A stretch of DNA of 26,157 nucleotides from a virus (Duplodnaviria; Caudoviricetes), in IMG/VR virus record IMGVR_UViG_3300027828_000090, positions 1 to 26,157 of that record; one strand, given 5' to 3'. The notes under the pieces are model-generated. The model saw nothing but the letters and a program-made list of their open reading frames with translations. It ran no database searches and was not told where the DNA came from. The position numbers and the translations under genes were made by a program. Shown piece by piece: positions 7,617-16,088 of this stretch. Numbering within the stretch: position 1 is the first letter of the stretch; every line of letters starts with the position of its first letter.

Positions 7617-7696
7617 GGGGGTGAATGGGTTTGACGGTGCGTAAAGCCTAACGGGAAGCGCAACGGACGGCAGTTCAATTCTGCCCACCTCCACCA
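7617..7696 (+). ncRNA. tmRNA-like RNA consisting only of the tRNA-like domain (mini-tmRNA)
   Basis: Acceptor stem GGGGGTG/CACCTCC with G3:U70, discriminator A and encoded CCA; T arm GGCAG-TTCAATT-CTGCC; unpaired D-loop AATGGGTTTGAC; P2-like helix CGGTGCGT/GCGCAACG; GGAC linker. No tag ORF. Confidence 0.85.
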
Positions 7697-7698
7697 CC

Positions 7699-9402
7699 AT
7701 GAAAGATTATGAAGGCATCGCGCTGCAATATGCGCGAGATGTGATTGCGGGTGACATTCCTGCTTGCAAGTGGGTTAAGGACGCAGCACAGAGACAACTA
7801 GACGATCTTGAGAAGTACGCAGACGGGGAGACCTATCTGTGGAATCCCGTCATTTTTAAGCGGGGCAAAGAGGTTCGTCCCGTTGATGACGTTTGCAAGT
7901 TCCTTGAGAACCTACCCCACATCAAGGGGCAATGGGCGGGAACTGATTTAACGCTTGAACCGTGGCAGATATTTGTCGTGTCTTGTGTGTTCGGGTGGAT
8001 TACCCCGGACGGTGTGCGGCGGTTCAGGACTGCTTACCTTGAAGTGCCGAGGAAGAACGGCAAGACCTTCGTTATTTCGGGCATCGGGCTTTACCTGCTC
8101 TGTGCTGATGACGAGGCGGGTGCAGAGGTTTACTCCGCTGCGGTTAAGAAAGACCAAGCCAAAATCAGTTGGGACACTGCCCGGAGGCAGGTTCTAAAGA
8201 CTCCCGACCTTCAGGAAGCATTCGGCGTTGAGGCACTGAAGCACTCGATCTTCATTGAAGATAACGCTTCGATGTTTCAACCACTGGCCTCTGATTCGGA
8301 CTCACTTGACGGTCTGAACATACACGGTGGCTTGATTGATGAACTCCACGCGCACAAGTCGCGTGAGGTGTTCGATGTCATTGAGACTGGTACTGGCTCT
8401 CGCAGTCAGTCGCTCATGTTCATCATCACCACTGCCGGGTCTAATCAGGCGGGCATCTGTTACGAGCAGCGCGGGTATGTGACGAAGCTGCTCGATGGTG
8501 TGGTGGAGGATGAGGCTTATTGGGGCATTGTCTACACGTTAGACGATGACGACATAGAGCAGGTCTGGACGAACCCGGAACTGCTTGAGAAAGCCAATCC
8601 GAATTACGGCATTTCTGTCCTGCCTTTCGACATTGAAAGACTCTGGACGAAGGCGAAACAGACTCCATCCGCTCAAAACAACTTCCTCACGAAGCGGGCG
8701 AATGTTTGGGTGAATGCCGATACCGCATGGATGCAGATGCACCGATGGGACAAAGGGCATAACGGTGCTTTGTCGCTTGAGGATTTCAAGGGTAAGCCCT
8801 GCATTATCGGCGCTGACTTTGCCTCAAAGGTGGACATTGCGGCGCTTTGTTTACTGTTTGAAGAGGGCGGGGAGTTATATCCCTTCCTGAAATACTACCT
8901 GCCGGATGAAACGGTGCGGAACTCGTCTAACGACCTTTATGCGGGGTGGTGGCGCGAGGGGCGCTTAACCGTAACGCCGGGACAGGTGATTGACTTCGAT
9001 TTCATTGAGCAGGACTGCGAACAGTTCGCCTCTGATTTTGAAATTAAAGAATTTGCGTATGACCCGCATCAGGCGACCCAGTTTGCGGGCCGGATGATTA
9101 ACAACGGATTCAACATGGTCGAGGTTCGCCCGACTGTTTTGAACTTCTCCGAGCCGATGAAAGAGCTTGAGGCGCGGGTTTTAGCCGGAAAACTCCACCA
9201 CAACGACCCCATTTTGAAGTGGATGGTCAGCAATGTGGTTGGTCACTATGACGCAAAAGACAACATTTACCCGCGCAAAGAGCGACCAGAGAACAAGATT
9301 GATGGGGTTATTGCTCTGCTTTCTGCGCTCAATCGCCTTATGAACCCCGGCGAAGATGAAACAAGTATTTATGAGAAGCGTGGATTGAGAGTTATTGACT
9401 GA
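7699..9402 (+). CDS. terL: terminase large subunit
   Basis: LEPWQ, Walker A VPRKNGKT, Walker B LIDELH, ITTAG coupling motif, nuclease GADFA...KIDGVIA. Confidence 0.97.
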   Translation: MKDYEGIALQYARDVIAGDIPACKWVKDAAQRQLDDLEKYADGETYLWNPVIFKRGKEVRPVDDVCKFLENLPHIKGQWAGTDLTLEPWQIFVVSCVFGWITPDGVRRFRTAYLEVPRKNGKTFVISGIGLYLLCADDEAGAEVYSAAVKKDQAKISWDTARRQVLKTPDLQEAFGVEALKHSIFIEDNASMFQPLASDSDSLDGLNIHGGLIDELHAHKSREVFDVIETGTGSRSQSLMFIITTAGSNQAGICYEQRGYVTKLLDGVVEDEAYWGIVYTLDDDDIEQVWTNPELLEKANPNYGISVLPFDIERLWTKAKQTPSAQNNFLTKRANVWVNADTAWMQMHRWDKGHNGALSLEDFKGKPCIIGADFASKVDIAALCLLFEEGGELYPFLKYYLPDETVRNSSNDLYAGWWREGRLTVTPGQVIDFDFIEQDCEQFASDFEIKEFAYDPHQATQFAGRMINNGFNMVEVRPTVLNFSEPMKELEARVLAGKLHHNDPILKWMVSNVVGHYDAKDNIYPRKERPENKIDGVIALLSALNRLMNPGEDETSIYEKRGLRVID

Positions 9403-10826
9403 TGTTTGAATGGTTGAAGCGGAACAAGGCAAAGAATCTCACGCTGAAAAGCCCTGACGGGTGGGGTCAGTTGTTTTCCCGCACAAATGCGGGTGTTTCG
9501 GTGTCTGTAGAACAGGCAATGCGAATTGCGGCGGTTTTCGCTTGCGTGAAGATCATTGCGGAAACGATTGCAAGCACTCCGCTCCACATTTACCGGAACA
9601 GGCCGGAAGGCGGCAAGGATAGAGCGAGTACTCATCCTCTTTCCGTTATTTTCGGTGGTGTCGCTAACGAAGAGAACACATCTCAGGAATTGTTGGAGTA
9701 TGTGCTGGCTTCTCTGCTTCTGCGAGGCGTTTCTTACTGCGAAATCGTAAGAAAAGGCGGCAAAGTTACCGCGTTGATTCCGCTTGATGCCTCTAAGATG
9801 CAACCTGACCGCATGGAAGGCGGCGCACTGGTCTTTAATTACACGGTTGACGGGGTAACAACTACCTATCAGCCGAGCCAATTATGGCGCGTTACGGGGC
9901 TTTCTAGTGATGGCGTGACGGGTTACAGCGCGGTTTCTCAGGGTAAAGAGGCGCTTGGTGTTGCGTTAGCGGCAGAAGAACACGCTGCACGGACGTTCAG
10001 TAACGGCGCAAGCATCCCCGGTGTCTATCAGAAGGACGGGATGCTGTCTGATGAAGCCTTTACCCGTCTGAAAGAACAGCTAGACAGTCGGGCGGACTCG
10101 CTTGGCAGTCTGATGAAGCCACTTCTTTTGGAAGAGGGGCTTACTTACGAGTCTGTTTCAATGACGTTGGAACAGGCGCAATTCGTTGAGGCGCGGAAGT
10201 TCCAGATTGCCGAGGTGTGCAGAATCTTCCGAGTTCCGGCGCACAAGGTCGGGCTTATGGACGCTGCGACCTTCGGCAACATTGAGCACCAATCCCTTGA
10301 GTTCGTGATTGACACGTTGACTCCGTGGTGTGTGCGTATTGAGCAGACGATTCGGCGCGATCTGCTCACCGCCAATGAGAAGCGATTCTTTTATGCCAAG
10401 TTCAACTTAGAAGGACTGCTGCGCGGTGACGTTAAGACCCGTTATGAGGCGCACAGTTCCGCTCTTAATAACGGTTGGATGTGTGCCAATGAGGTACGCG
10501 CACTTGAGGACTTGAATCCGATTGAGGGCGGTGACGTTTACCGCATCCCGTTGAACATGGGGCAGGTCGGTGACGAGCCGGAAAAAGACCCCGAAGAGAA
10601 TCCCGTCACTGCTTTGGAGATGCGTCAGGTCAATGCGATTCGGCGTGAGGTTGGGCGCGGTGACTTCAGCGAGTGGGCAACAGATTTTTATGACCGTCTC
10701 GCCGTTTCTATAACTGGCGATGACTGTGACGAGGACACTGCGAAGGCGTATTGCGCGAAGCAGTTGAAAGAACTACTGGCGGCAGACGATGTTCCCGCCT
10801 TGCTGACTAAATGGGAAGGCAAATGA
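9402..10826 (+). CDS. HK97-family portal protein
   Basis: AVFACVKIIAETIASTPL, FSNGA.PG, EVCRIFRVP, NEVRALEDLNPIEGGD. Confidence 0.96.
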   Translation: MFEWLKRNKAKNLTLKSPDGWGQLFSRTNAGVSVSVEQAMRIAAVFACVKIIAETIASTPLHIYRNRPEGGKDRASTHPLSVIFGGVANEENTSQELLEYVLASLLLRGVSYCEIVRKGGKVTALIPLDASKMQPDRMEGGALVFNYTVDGVTTTYQPSQLWRVTGLSSDGVTGYSAVSQGKEALGVALAAEEHAARTFSNGASIPGVYQKDGMLSDEAFTRLKEQLDSRADSLGSLMKPLLLEEGLTYESVSMTLEQAQFVEARKFQIAEVCRIFRVPAHKVGLMDAATFGNIEHQSLEFVIDTLTPWCVRIEQTIRRDLLTANEKRFFYAKFNLEGLLRGDVKTRYEAHSSALNNGWMCANEVRALEDLNPIEGGDVYRIPLNMGQVGDEPEKDPEENPVTALEMRQVNAIRREVGRGDFSEWATDFYDRLAVSITGDDCDEDTAKAYCAKQLKELLAADDVPALLTKWEGK

Positions 10827-11506
10827 GTGAAATTGAGATTTTTGACGTAATCGGTCAGGACTACTTCGGTGAGGGCATCACTGCTGCGAGTGTCAAAGAG
10901 CAACTTGATGTAATGCAGGATGCGGAAGAGATTACCGTGCGCCTGAACTCTCCCGGTGGTGATGTGTTTGACGGGTTGGCTATTTTCAATCTGCTGAAAG
11001 AGCATCCGGCGAAAGTGACCGTAAAGGTTGACGGTTATGCCGCTTCAAGTGCGTCAATCATAGCAATGGCGGGTGATGAGGTTGTGATGGGTGTCGGTTC
11101 GCAACTGATGATTCATAACCCGTGGACTTTTGCACTGGGTGAGTCGAAAGACCTGCGTAAAACCGCTGACACTCTCGACGAGATTAAGGGTGGTCTGGTT
11201 GATGTGTACCTGACCAAAGTGGAGTCAGACGCTGAGACTGTCTCCGATTGGATGGATGAAGAGAAGTGGATGGGTGTTGAAGAGGCGCAGGAGTTGGGGT
11301 TTGCCACTGGTGCGAGTGAAGTGAAGGCCAGTGTCCACAATCTGAGCGGTTGTCGCTGGATTAACAAAGCGCCAGAGGTTGAGGAAGAAGAACTGTCTCC
11401 TGCTGCGAACTCTCGCCCTGCCTATCTGGATTACCTTGCTGAATCGAACCGCAGAGCGCAGGAGCGTAATGCGTTGAACGAAACTCGAAAGAATTTGAAA
11501 GCCTGA
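10823..11506 (+). CDS. ClpP-type (S14) prohead maturation protease
   Basis: LNSPGGDVFDG, DGYAASSASII (catalytic Ser), MIHNP; ATGA coupling at 10823. Confidence 0.94.
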   Translation: MSEIEIFDVIGQDYFGEGITAASVKEQLDVMQDAEEITVRLNSPGGDVFDGLAIFNLLKEHPAKVTVKVDGYAASSASIIAMAGDEVVMGVGSQLMIHNPWTFALGESKDLRKTADTLDEIKGGLVDVYLTKVESDAETVSDWMDEEKWMGVEEAQELGFATGASEVKASVHNLSGCRWINKAPEVEEEELSPAANSRPAYLDYLAESNRRAQERNALNETRKNLKA

Positions 11507-11548
11507 CCGGAATAGTTTGGTTTTCGCGGTTGGAATGACCGCAAGAAC

Positions 11549-11571
11549 GGCCCGCCTTGAGCGGGTTTTTT
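11549..11571 (+). terminator. intrinsic terminator-like hairpin before capsid gene
   Basis: ggcccgc-cttga-gcgggtt followed by tttt; a second hairpin gcggtt-ggaat-gaccgc at 11526-11542. Confidence 0.7.
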
Positions 11572-11598
11572 ATTGCCTAATTTTTATAGGACAAGATT

Positions 11599-12774
11599 AT
11601 GAAAGATGTAAATGACATCTATCTGGAGCGCGGTCAGGTTATCAACCAGATGACCGAGCTTTCAGATGCCAACCCGGAAGGCTTCTCAGGTGAGATTCAG
11701 GCCAAATGGGACAAACTGAACGAGAAGCAGGAGGCACTGAAAGCCTCTGCTGACCGTCTGGAACATGAAGCCAAGCTGCGGAACGAAGTCGAAGGCATTG
11801 CCCCTCGTCAGACTCCTGATATTGCTGGTGAAACCGTTAAGCCTCGCGCTACTGCTGAATATAAAGCTGCGTTTAACGAGTATCTGCGTAAGCCTAAAGG
11901 TTCTGTGGATGGTCGCTTTCTGAATGCTTTGCAGGTTGGCACTAACTCAGAAGGTGGCTACGTCACGCATGAGGAGTTCCAGACTTCTGTTGAGCGTGAA
12001 ATGGTCAACTATAACCCGTTTCGTCAGTATGCGACCGTTATCACCACTGGTGGTGACCGTAATATTCCGTTTGAAAGCACTCGCGGTGCTGCCTCATGGA
12101 CTGCTGAAGAAGCGTCTTACCCTGAGTCTGATCCGGCTTTCGGTCGCGTTACTCTGGGCGCTCACAAACTGGCGAAGATCGTCAAAGTGTCTGAAGAACT
12201 CGTTAATGACTCTGACTTTGACCTGTTCGGTTATCTGACCGAGAACTTTGCTGAGGCTTTCGGTGTTGCTGAAGAAAACGCATTCCTGAACGGTACTGGC
12301 TCAGGTCAGCCGAATGGTCTGCTGACCATTGCTGGTGATGTTGGCACTGCTGAAACCGCTGTGACTGAAGATGCGCTTGACGACCTTTTCTGGGGTCTGG
12401 GTGCTGCTGAACGTCGCAATGGTGTGTTCTGCTTCGGTGATAGCTCTCTCCGTTCTATCTCCAAGCTGAAGAACAGCAACGGTGACCGCATCTGGCAGCC
12501 GGGTCTGACTGCTGGCGCTCCTGATACCATTCTCGGTCGCCCGTACATCAACTCAGACCACATGGGTGATGCTGCAAACTCTCCTGAAGAGATTGTGGGT
12601 TACTTCGGCAACCTGTCTAAGTTCATCATTGCTGACCGCACCGATATGGTCATTCAGCGCCTTGATGAGCGTTATGCTGACAGTGGTCAGGTTGGCTTCC
12701 GTGCGTATCGCCGTACCGATGCTAATGCTGCCATCACTTCTGCACACAAGTCTCTGACTCTTTCTGCGGCCTAA
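11599..12774 (+). CDS. HK97-fold major capsid protein with N-terminal delta domain
   Basis: Coiled-coil N-terminus, EGGYVT, VSEELVNDS, FLNGTGSGQPNG, ILGRP, QVGFRAYRRTD; strong GCT/GGT/CGT codon bias. Confidence 0.97.
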   Translation: MKDVNDIYLERGQVINQMTELSDANPEGFSGEIQAKWDKLNEKQEALKASADRLEHEAKLRNEVEGIAPRQTPDIAGETVKPRATAEYKAAFNEYLRKPKGSVDGRFLNALQVGTNSEGGYVTHEEFQTSVEREMVNYNPFRQYATVITTGGDRNIPFESTRGAASWTAEEASYPESDPAFGRVTLGAHKLAKIVKVSEELVNDSDFDLFGYLTENFAEAFGVAEENAFLNGTGSGQPNGLLTIAGDVGTAETAVTEDALDDLFWGLGAAERRNGVFCFGDSSLRSISKLKNSNGDRIWQPGLTAGAPDTILGRPYINSDHMGDAANSPEEIVGYFGNLSKFIIADRTDMVIQRLDERYADSGQVGFRAYRRTDANAAITSAHKSLTLSAA

Positions 12775-12781
12775 GTGAGTT

Positions 12782-12813
12782 AAGGGGCGGGGGAAACCTC
12801 GCCCCTTTCCTTT
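12782..12813 (+). terminator. intrinsic terminator after capsid gene
   Basis: aaggggcgggg-gaaa-cctcgcccctt followed by tccttt. Confidence 0.8.
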
Positions 12814-12824
12814 AAGGGAAATCA

Positions 12825-13403
12825 ATGGGAATTGAATCAACAAACGCTTCAGAGGTCATCACTCTGGCAGAGGCTAAGGCTCACTTGCGTATTCCTGGCG
12901 GGGTTACGGATGATGATGCTTACATTTCAAGCCTGATAACTGCTGCGCGTGAGTATGCCGAGGGGTATACCAAAAGAAGTATAGGTACTCAGACCTGCGT
13001 TTATACGCTTGATTCCTTCCCTTCAGTAATTGACCTGCCCCGTTGTCCGGTGCAGTCGGTTACATCTGTTGAATACATTGACGAGGATGGCGCGACTCAA
13101 AGCGTTGCCTCGTTCCAGACAGACTTAAATGGGTCTGTTACTGCGAAGGTTAAGCCAGCGTATGACGCTTCATGGCCTGACACTCGCGCTGTTTTGGGTG
13201 CTGTGACCGTCACATATCAGGCGGGTTACGGTGCGGCAGGGGACAGCCCGGACACTGTGCCGCTGTCTATCAAACAAGCCCTGCTCATCTTGGTCGGTTC
13301 GTTCTACGAGAATCGTGAAAATGAGATTGTCGGCGCTGCTGTTTCAGAAGTTCCTTTTTCGGTTAAATGTCTGCTAGACCTCTTCCGTTTAGTCCAAGTT
13401 TAG
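12825..13403 (+). CDS. head-tail adaptor (gp6 / phiE125 gp8-like)
   Basis: ITLAEAKAHLRI, AAREYAE, V.VTYQAGYG, VPLSIKQALLILVGSFYENRE. Confidence 0.92.
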   Translation: MGIESTNASEVITLAEAKAHLRIPGGVTDDDAYISSLITAAREYAEGYTKRSIGTQTCVYTLDSFPSVIDLPRCPVQSVTSVEYIDEDGATQSVASFQTDLNGSVTAKVKPAYDASWPDTRAVLGAVTVTYQAGYGAAGDSPDTVPLSIKQALLILVGSFYENRENEIVGAAVSEVPFSVKCLLDLFRLVQV

Positions 13404-13966
13404 AGGGCAAGACTGCCGTCGTTATCGGCGGCGGCGCGAGTTTAACGAAAGAGGACTGCGATTATGCGCGGGACTCTGATGCGTTCCTGATTGGCGTTAA
13501 TGACGCTTACCGGATGACGCAGCTTGATTGCCTGTATGCCTCAGACCATCCGTGGATTAAATATCACTGGGATGCGCTGAAGGATTACGCGCCTTGTCTG
13601 CTTGTTACGCAGACCCATGTGAACGGGAAACCCTTAGACCTGCCTATGTGGACGGTGGAGGGCAAGCATGGGTGTGATATGTCGGACTCTGTCCTTAATT
13701 TTGGGGGCAATTCGGGCTTTGCAGCGGTGCATCTCGCCTCGCTATGGGGTGCGGCAAGGGTGCTGCTACTGGGGTTCGATATGCGCCTAAATGGGGGCAA
13801 ACGACACTGGTTCGGAGATCACCCCGGCAACATGAACAAAAAGAGCAACTATTTGACATGGGTTGCCAACTTTGAGCGGGCGAACTGTCCGACTCCAATC
13901 ATTAACTGCTCACGGGACACGGCTTTGACCTGTTTCCCGAGAGCGACCATTGAGGAAGTGCTGTGA
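13367..13966 (+). CDS. Maf/MptE-like (sialyltransferase-fold) putative glycosyltransferase
   Basis: AVVIGGGASL, IGVNDAY, LYASD, GGNSGFAAVHLA...GAARVLLLGFDM, HWFGDHP; inserted between neck genes. Confidence 0.68.
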   Translation: MSARPLPFSPSLEGKTAVVIGGGASLTKEDCDYARDSDAFLIGVNDAYRMTQLDCLYASDHPWIKYHWDALKDYAPCLLVTQTHVNGKPLDLPMWTVEGKHGCDMSDSVLNFGGNSGFAAVHLASLWGAARVLLLGFDMRLNGGKRHWFGDHPGNMNKKSNYLTWVANFERANCPTPIINCSRDTALTCFPRATIEEVL

Positions 13967-14292
13967 GAGCCGGATTGCTCCGCCACAAGGTAGACATTCA
14001 GAGCAACGGTGAAACGGTTGACTCCTTCGGTGGGGTGGTTTCGGGATGGTCTGACGTTGTTACGGATTACCCGGCAACGGTCACGCCTTTGAGGGGCGTT
14101 GAGCGGGACTCACAAGGGCGCGTGGAGTCTGACGTAACCCATAAGGTCACAATCCGTTATGCGTCCGTTGTGGCGGCACTCACGACCTCTCACAGGGTTG
14201 TATACGGTTCACGGGTGTTCGACATCAAGAGCGTTGTGAACGTGGGTGAGCGTAACGTGATGATTGAACTGATGTGCGTGGAGCATGGCTAA
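13963..14292 (+). CDS. head closure / head-tail joining protein (SPP1 gp16-like)
   Basis: MRAGLLRHKVDIQ...THKVTIRY...RVVYGSRVFDIKSV; synteny. Confidence 0.9.
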   Translation: MRAGLLRHKVDIQSNGETVDSFGGVVSGWSDVVTDYPATVTPLRGVERDSQGRVESDVTHKVTIRYASVVAALTTSHRVVYGSRVFDIKSVVNVGERNVMIELMCVEHG

Positions 14293-14794
14293 GGCAGATA
14301 TTGAGTTAAAGGTTGAGGGGCTTCAGGAACTCAACAGAAAGCTCGACCAGTTCGCCCTCAAGACTCAGAAGAGCATGGTGACTTCGGCGCTGAGAGCCGG
14401 GGCGAAGATCGTACAGGCCGCAGCGAAAGCGAATGCACACAAGTCCAAGCACCCTTCTTCCGGCGCGTTGGCTGAGTCGGTTGGCATCAAGGCGAAGCGT
14501 TTTGGTCGGGGTGGCAAGGGTTCTGTTTCAAGTCTTTGGGTTGGTGCGTTGCGCTCCGATAAGAAAGCGGTTGCGCGGTATGCGGGTTTTTACGGCAAGG
14601 CAAGCGTCAAGAGTATCAATGGCGGCATCCGTCACGGTCATTTAGTTGAGTTCGGTACGAAGCACCAGGAGGCGCGTCCGTGGTTGTATCCGGCGCTGAA
14701 GGGGAATGAGCAAGCGGTGGTTAATCGTTTCCGCACGGTTCTCTCAAAGCGGATTGAGCGCGAAGTAAAGAAGATAAACAAGGCTAAGAAATGA
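14285..14794 (+). CDS. HK97 gp10-like tail completion protein
   Basis: VEGLQEL, ALRAGA, HLVEFGTKHQEARPWLYPAL. Confidence 0.9.
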   Translation: MAKADIELKVEGLQELNRKLDQFALKTQKSMVTSALRAGAKIVQAAAKANAHKSKHPSSGALAESVGIKAKRFGRGGKGSVSSLWVGALRSDKKAVARYAGFYGKASVKSINGGIRHGHLVEFGTKHQEARPWLYPALKGNEQAVVNRFRTVLSKRIEREVKKINKAKK

Positions 14795-15186
14795 GGTTGG
14801 AGCAAGGATTAAAAGCGGCGCTAGAGGCTGATGCTGATGTGTCTGCGCTTGTTTCTGCCCGCGTTTACTTGGAGCGGATGCCTCAGACAGAGGTTTATCC
14901 GTGCATCGTATTCAATCGCATATCGACAAGTCAGGGCGGGCTTCTATCAGAAGTTGAAACGCTGACAGAGGTGCGGATTCAGGTTGATTGTTGGGCTGAG
15001 TCCTATCCGGTTCTGTATGACTTGGCGAAGAAAGTACGCACTCTGCTCTCTGGTTATCAGGGAGATATGGGGGGCGTATCGGTTCAATGGTCGAAGTTTG
15101 AGAACGAGGTGAATGCGTCCGACTTTGACGGTGACGAGGTGGAGTTGAGGCAGATACTTAACTTCACATTCTGGCTGCACGAATAG
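14791..15186 (+). CDS. tail terminator (DUF3168-like)
   Basis: RVY...P....YPCIVF, RIQVDCWA; synteny before the tail tube gene. Confidence 0.85.
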   Translation: MRLEQGLKAALEADADVSALVSARVYLERMPQTEVYPCIVFNRISTSQGGLLSEVETLTEVRIQVDCWAESYPVLYDLAKKVRTLLSGYQGDMGGVSVQWSKFENEVNASDFDGDEVELRQILNFTFWLHE

Positions 15187-15201
15187 CCACTAATTTTATT
15201 C

Positions 15202-15252
15202 AAGCCCCTTAACCGGGGCTTTTTTTATGCCCGCTGTCATGCGGGCTTTTTT
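15202..15252 (+). terminator. two tandem intrinsic terminators
   Basis: aagcccc-ttaacc-ggggctt + T run (15202-15226) and gcccgc-tgtcat-gcgggc + T6 (15229-15252). Confidence 0.8.
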
Positions 15253-15265
15253 GTGAGGTAAAAGC

Positions 15266-15703
15266 ATGACTAACGCAGTATTAAGCGCGGGTACGAAGAT
15301 CGGCATTGGTGACGGTGCAAGCCCGGAAGTATTTAACAAGATTCCTGAAGTGGGTTCTCTGACCACTCCTGAGATCAGCCGCCCGACTGTGGACGTGACT
15401 TCTCTGGACAGCACCGCGAAGGAATATATCTCTGGCCTTAAAGACGCTGGTTCAATTGAAATCTCAGGTAACTGGGATGCGTCTAACACCTATCACCAGT
15501 TGCTTAAATCCAATTCATCAGCGGGTACAGCAGCTAATTTCCTGATTGAGTTGCCAACTTCGCCTGCAACAAAGGTCGAGTTTAACGCTACTCCTGAGAC
15601 TTTCCAAATCACGGCAGAGCCTGATGCTCAGTTGTCTTTCAGTGCCACGCTGAAGGTGTCCGGTGACCCGGATTGGGACACGACTGCATCAGTAACTGGT
15701 TAA
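15266..15703 (+). CDS. major tail (tube) protein
   Basis: GAGGT SD; GTKIGIGDGASPEVF, DVTSLDSTAKEYISGLKDAGS, TLKVSGDP. Confidence 0.92.
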   Translation: MTNAVLSAGTKIGIGDGASPEVFNKIPEVGSLTTPEISRPTVDVTSLDSTAKEYISGLKDAGSIEISGNWDASNTYHQLLKSNSSAGTAANFLIELPTSPATKVEFNATPETFQITAEPDAQLSFSATLKVSGDPDWDTTASVTG

Positions 15704-15722
15704 TCAGTAAGGGAGAGAGGGA

Positions 15723-16088
15723 ATGAGTCTTGAGTCTTTTGATGACATTTTGGGTGTCAGTGACCTTCAGGTGGAGGAAGTTGATGTTTCCGAGTGGTGG
15801 GGTGACGTTGCTTATGTTCGCGCCCTTGACGCGGAGGCATTTGGCATCTTTGTCGGGTTGTCTGACGGTGGCACTAAGTCCACCTTTAATGCCTCTGATG
15901 TTGCTGCCGTTGTCGCTCTGACGTTGTGCAAGCCGGACGGTACTCTGCTGGTTAAGCGGAGTGAGTGGAAGAAGGGTGCGAAGAAGCTTGAAGGTAAAAG
16001 CTTTGCGCCTCAACAGGAGTTGTATGTTGCTGCTCTTCGTTTGTCCGGCCTGACCAAAGACGCGCAGGACGCTGCTGAAAAAAAATAG
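15723..16088 (+). CDS. tail assembly chaperone (gpG-like)
   Basis: V.VSEWWGDVAYVRAL; ends AAEKK* on an A8 run; lies between the tube and tape measure genes. Confidence 0.85.
   Translation: MSLESFDDILGVSDLQVEEVDVSEWWGDVAYVRALDAEAFGIFVGLSDGGTKSTFNASDVAAVVALTLCKPDGTLLVKRSEWKKGAKKLEGKSFAPQQELYVAALRLSGLTKDAQDAAEKK
16078..16085 (+). promoter_or_regulatory. -1 programmed ribosomal frameshift site
   Basis: GAA AAA AAA TAG (A AAA AAA heptamer); the -1 frame is open from 16085 to 16393. Confidence 0.85.

Noticed and set aside
7617-7696. Ordinary tRNA gene or simple attP copy of the ssrA 3' end
   Set aside because: There is no D stem or 7-nt anticodon loop. Both 5' and 3' tmRNA-like ends are present and pair with each other, whereas att sites usually duplicate one end only; no integrase is nearby.
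7699-9402. Intein or intron in terL
   Set aside because: Continuous 567-aa ORF with normally spaced motifs and no splicing signatures.
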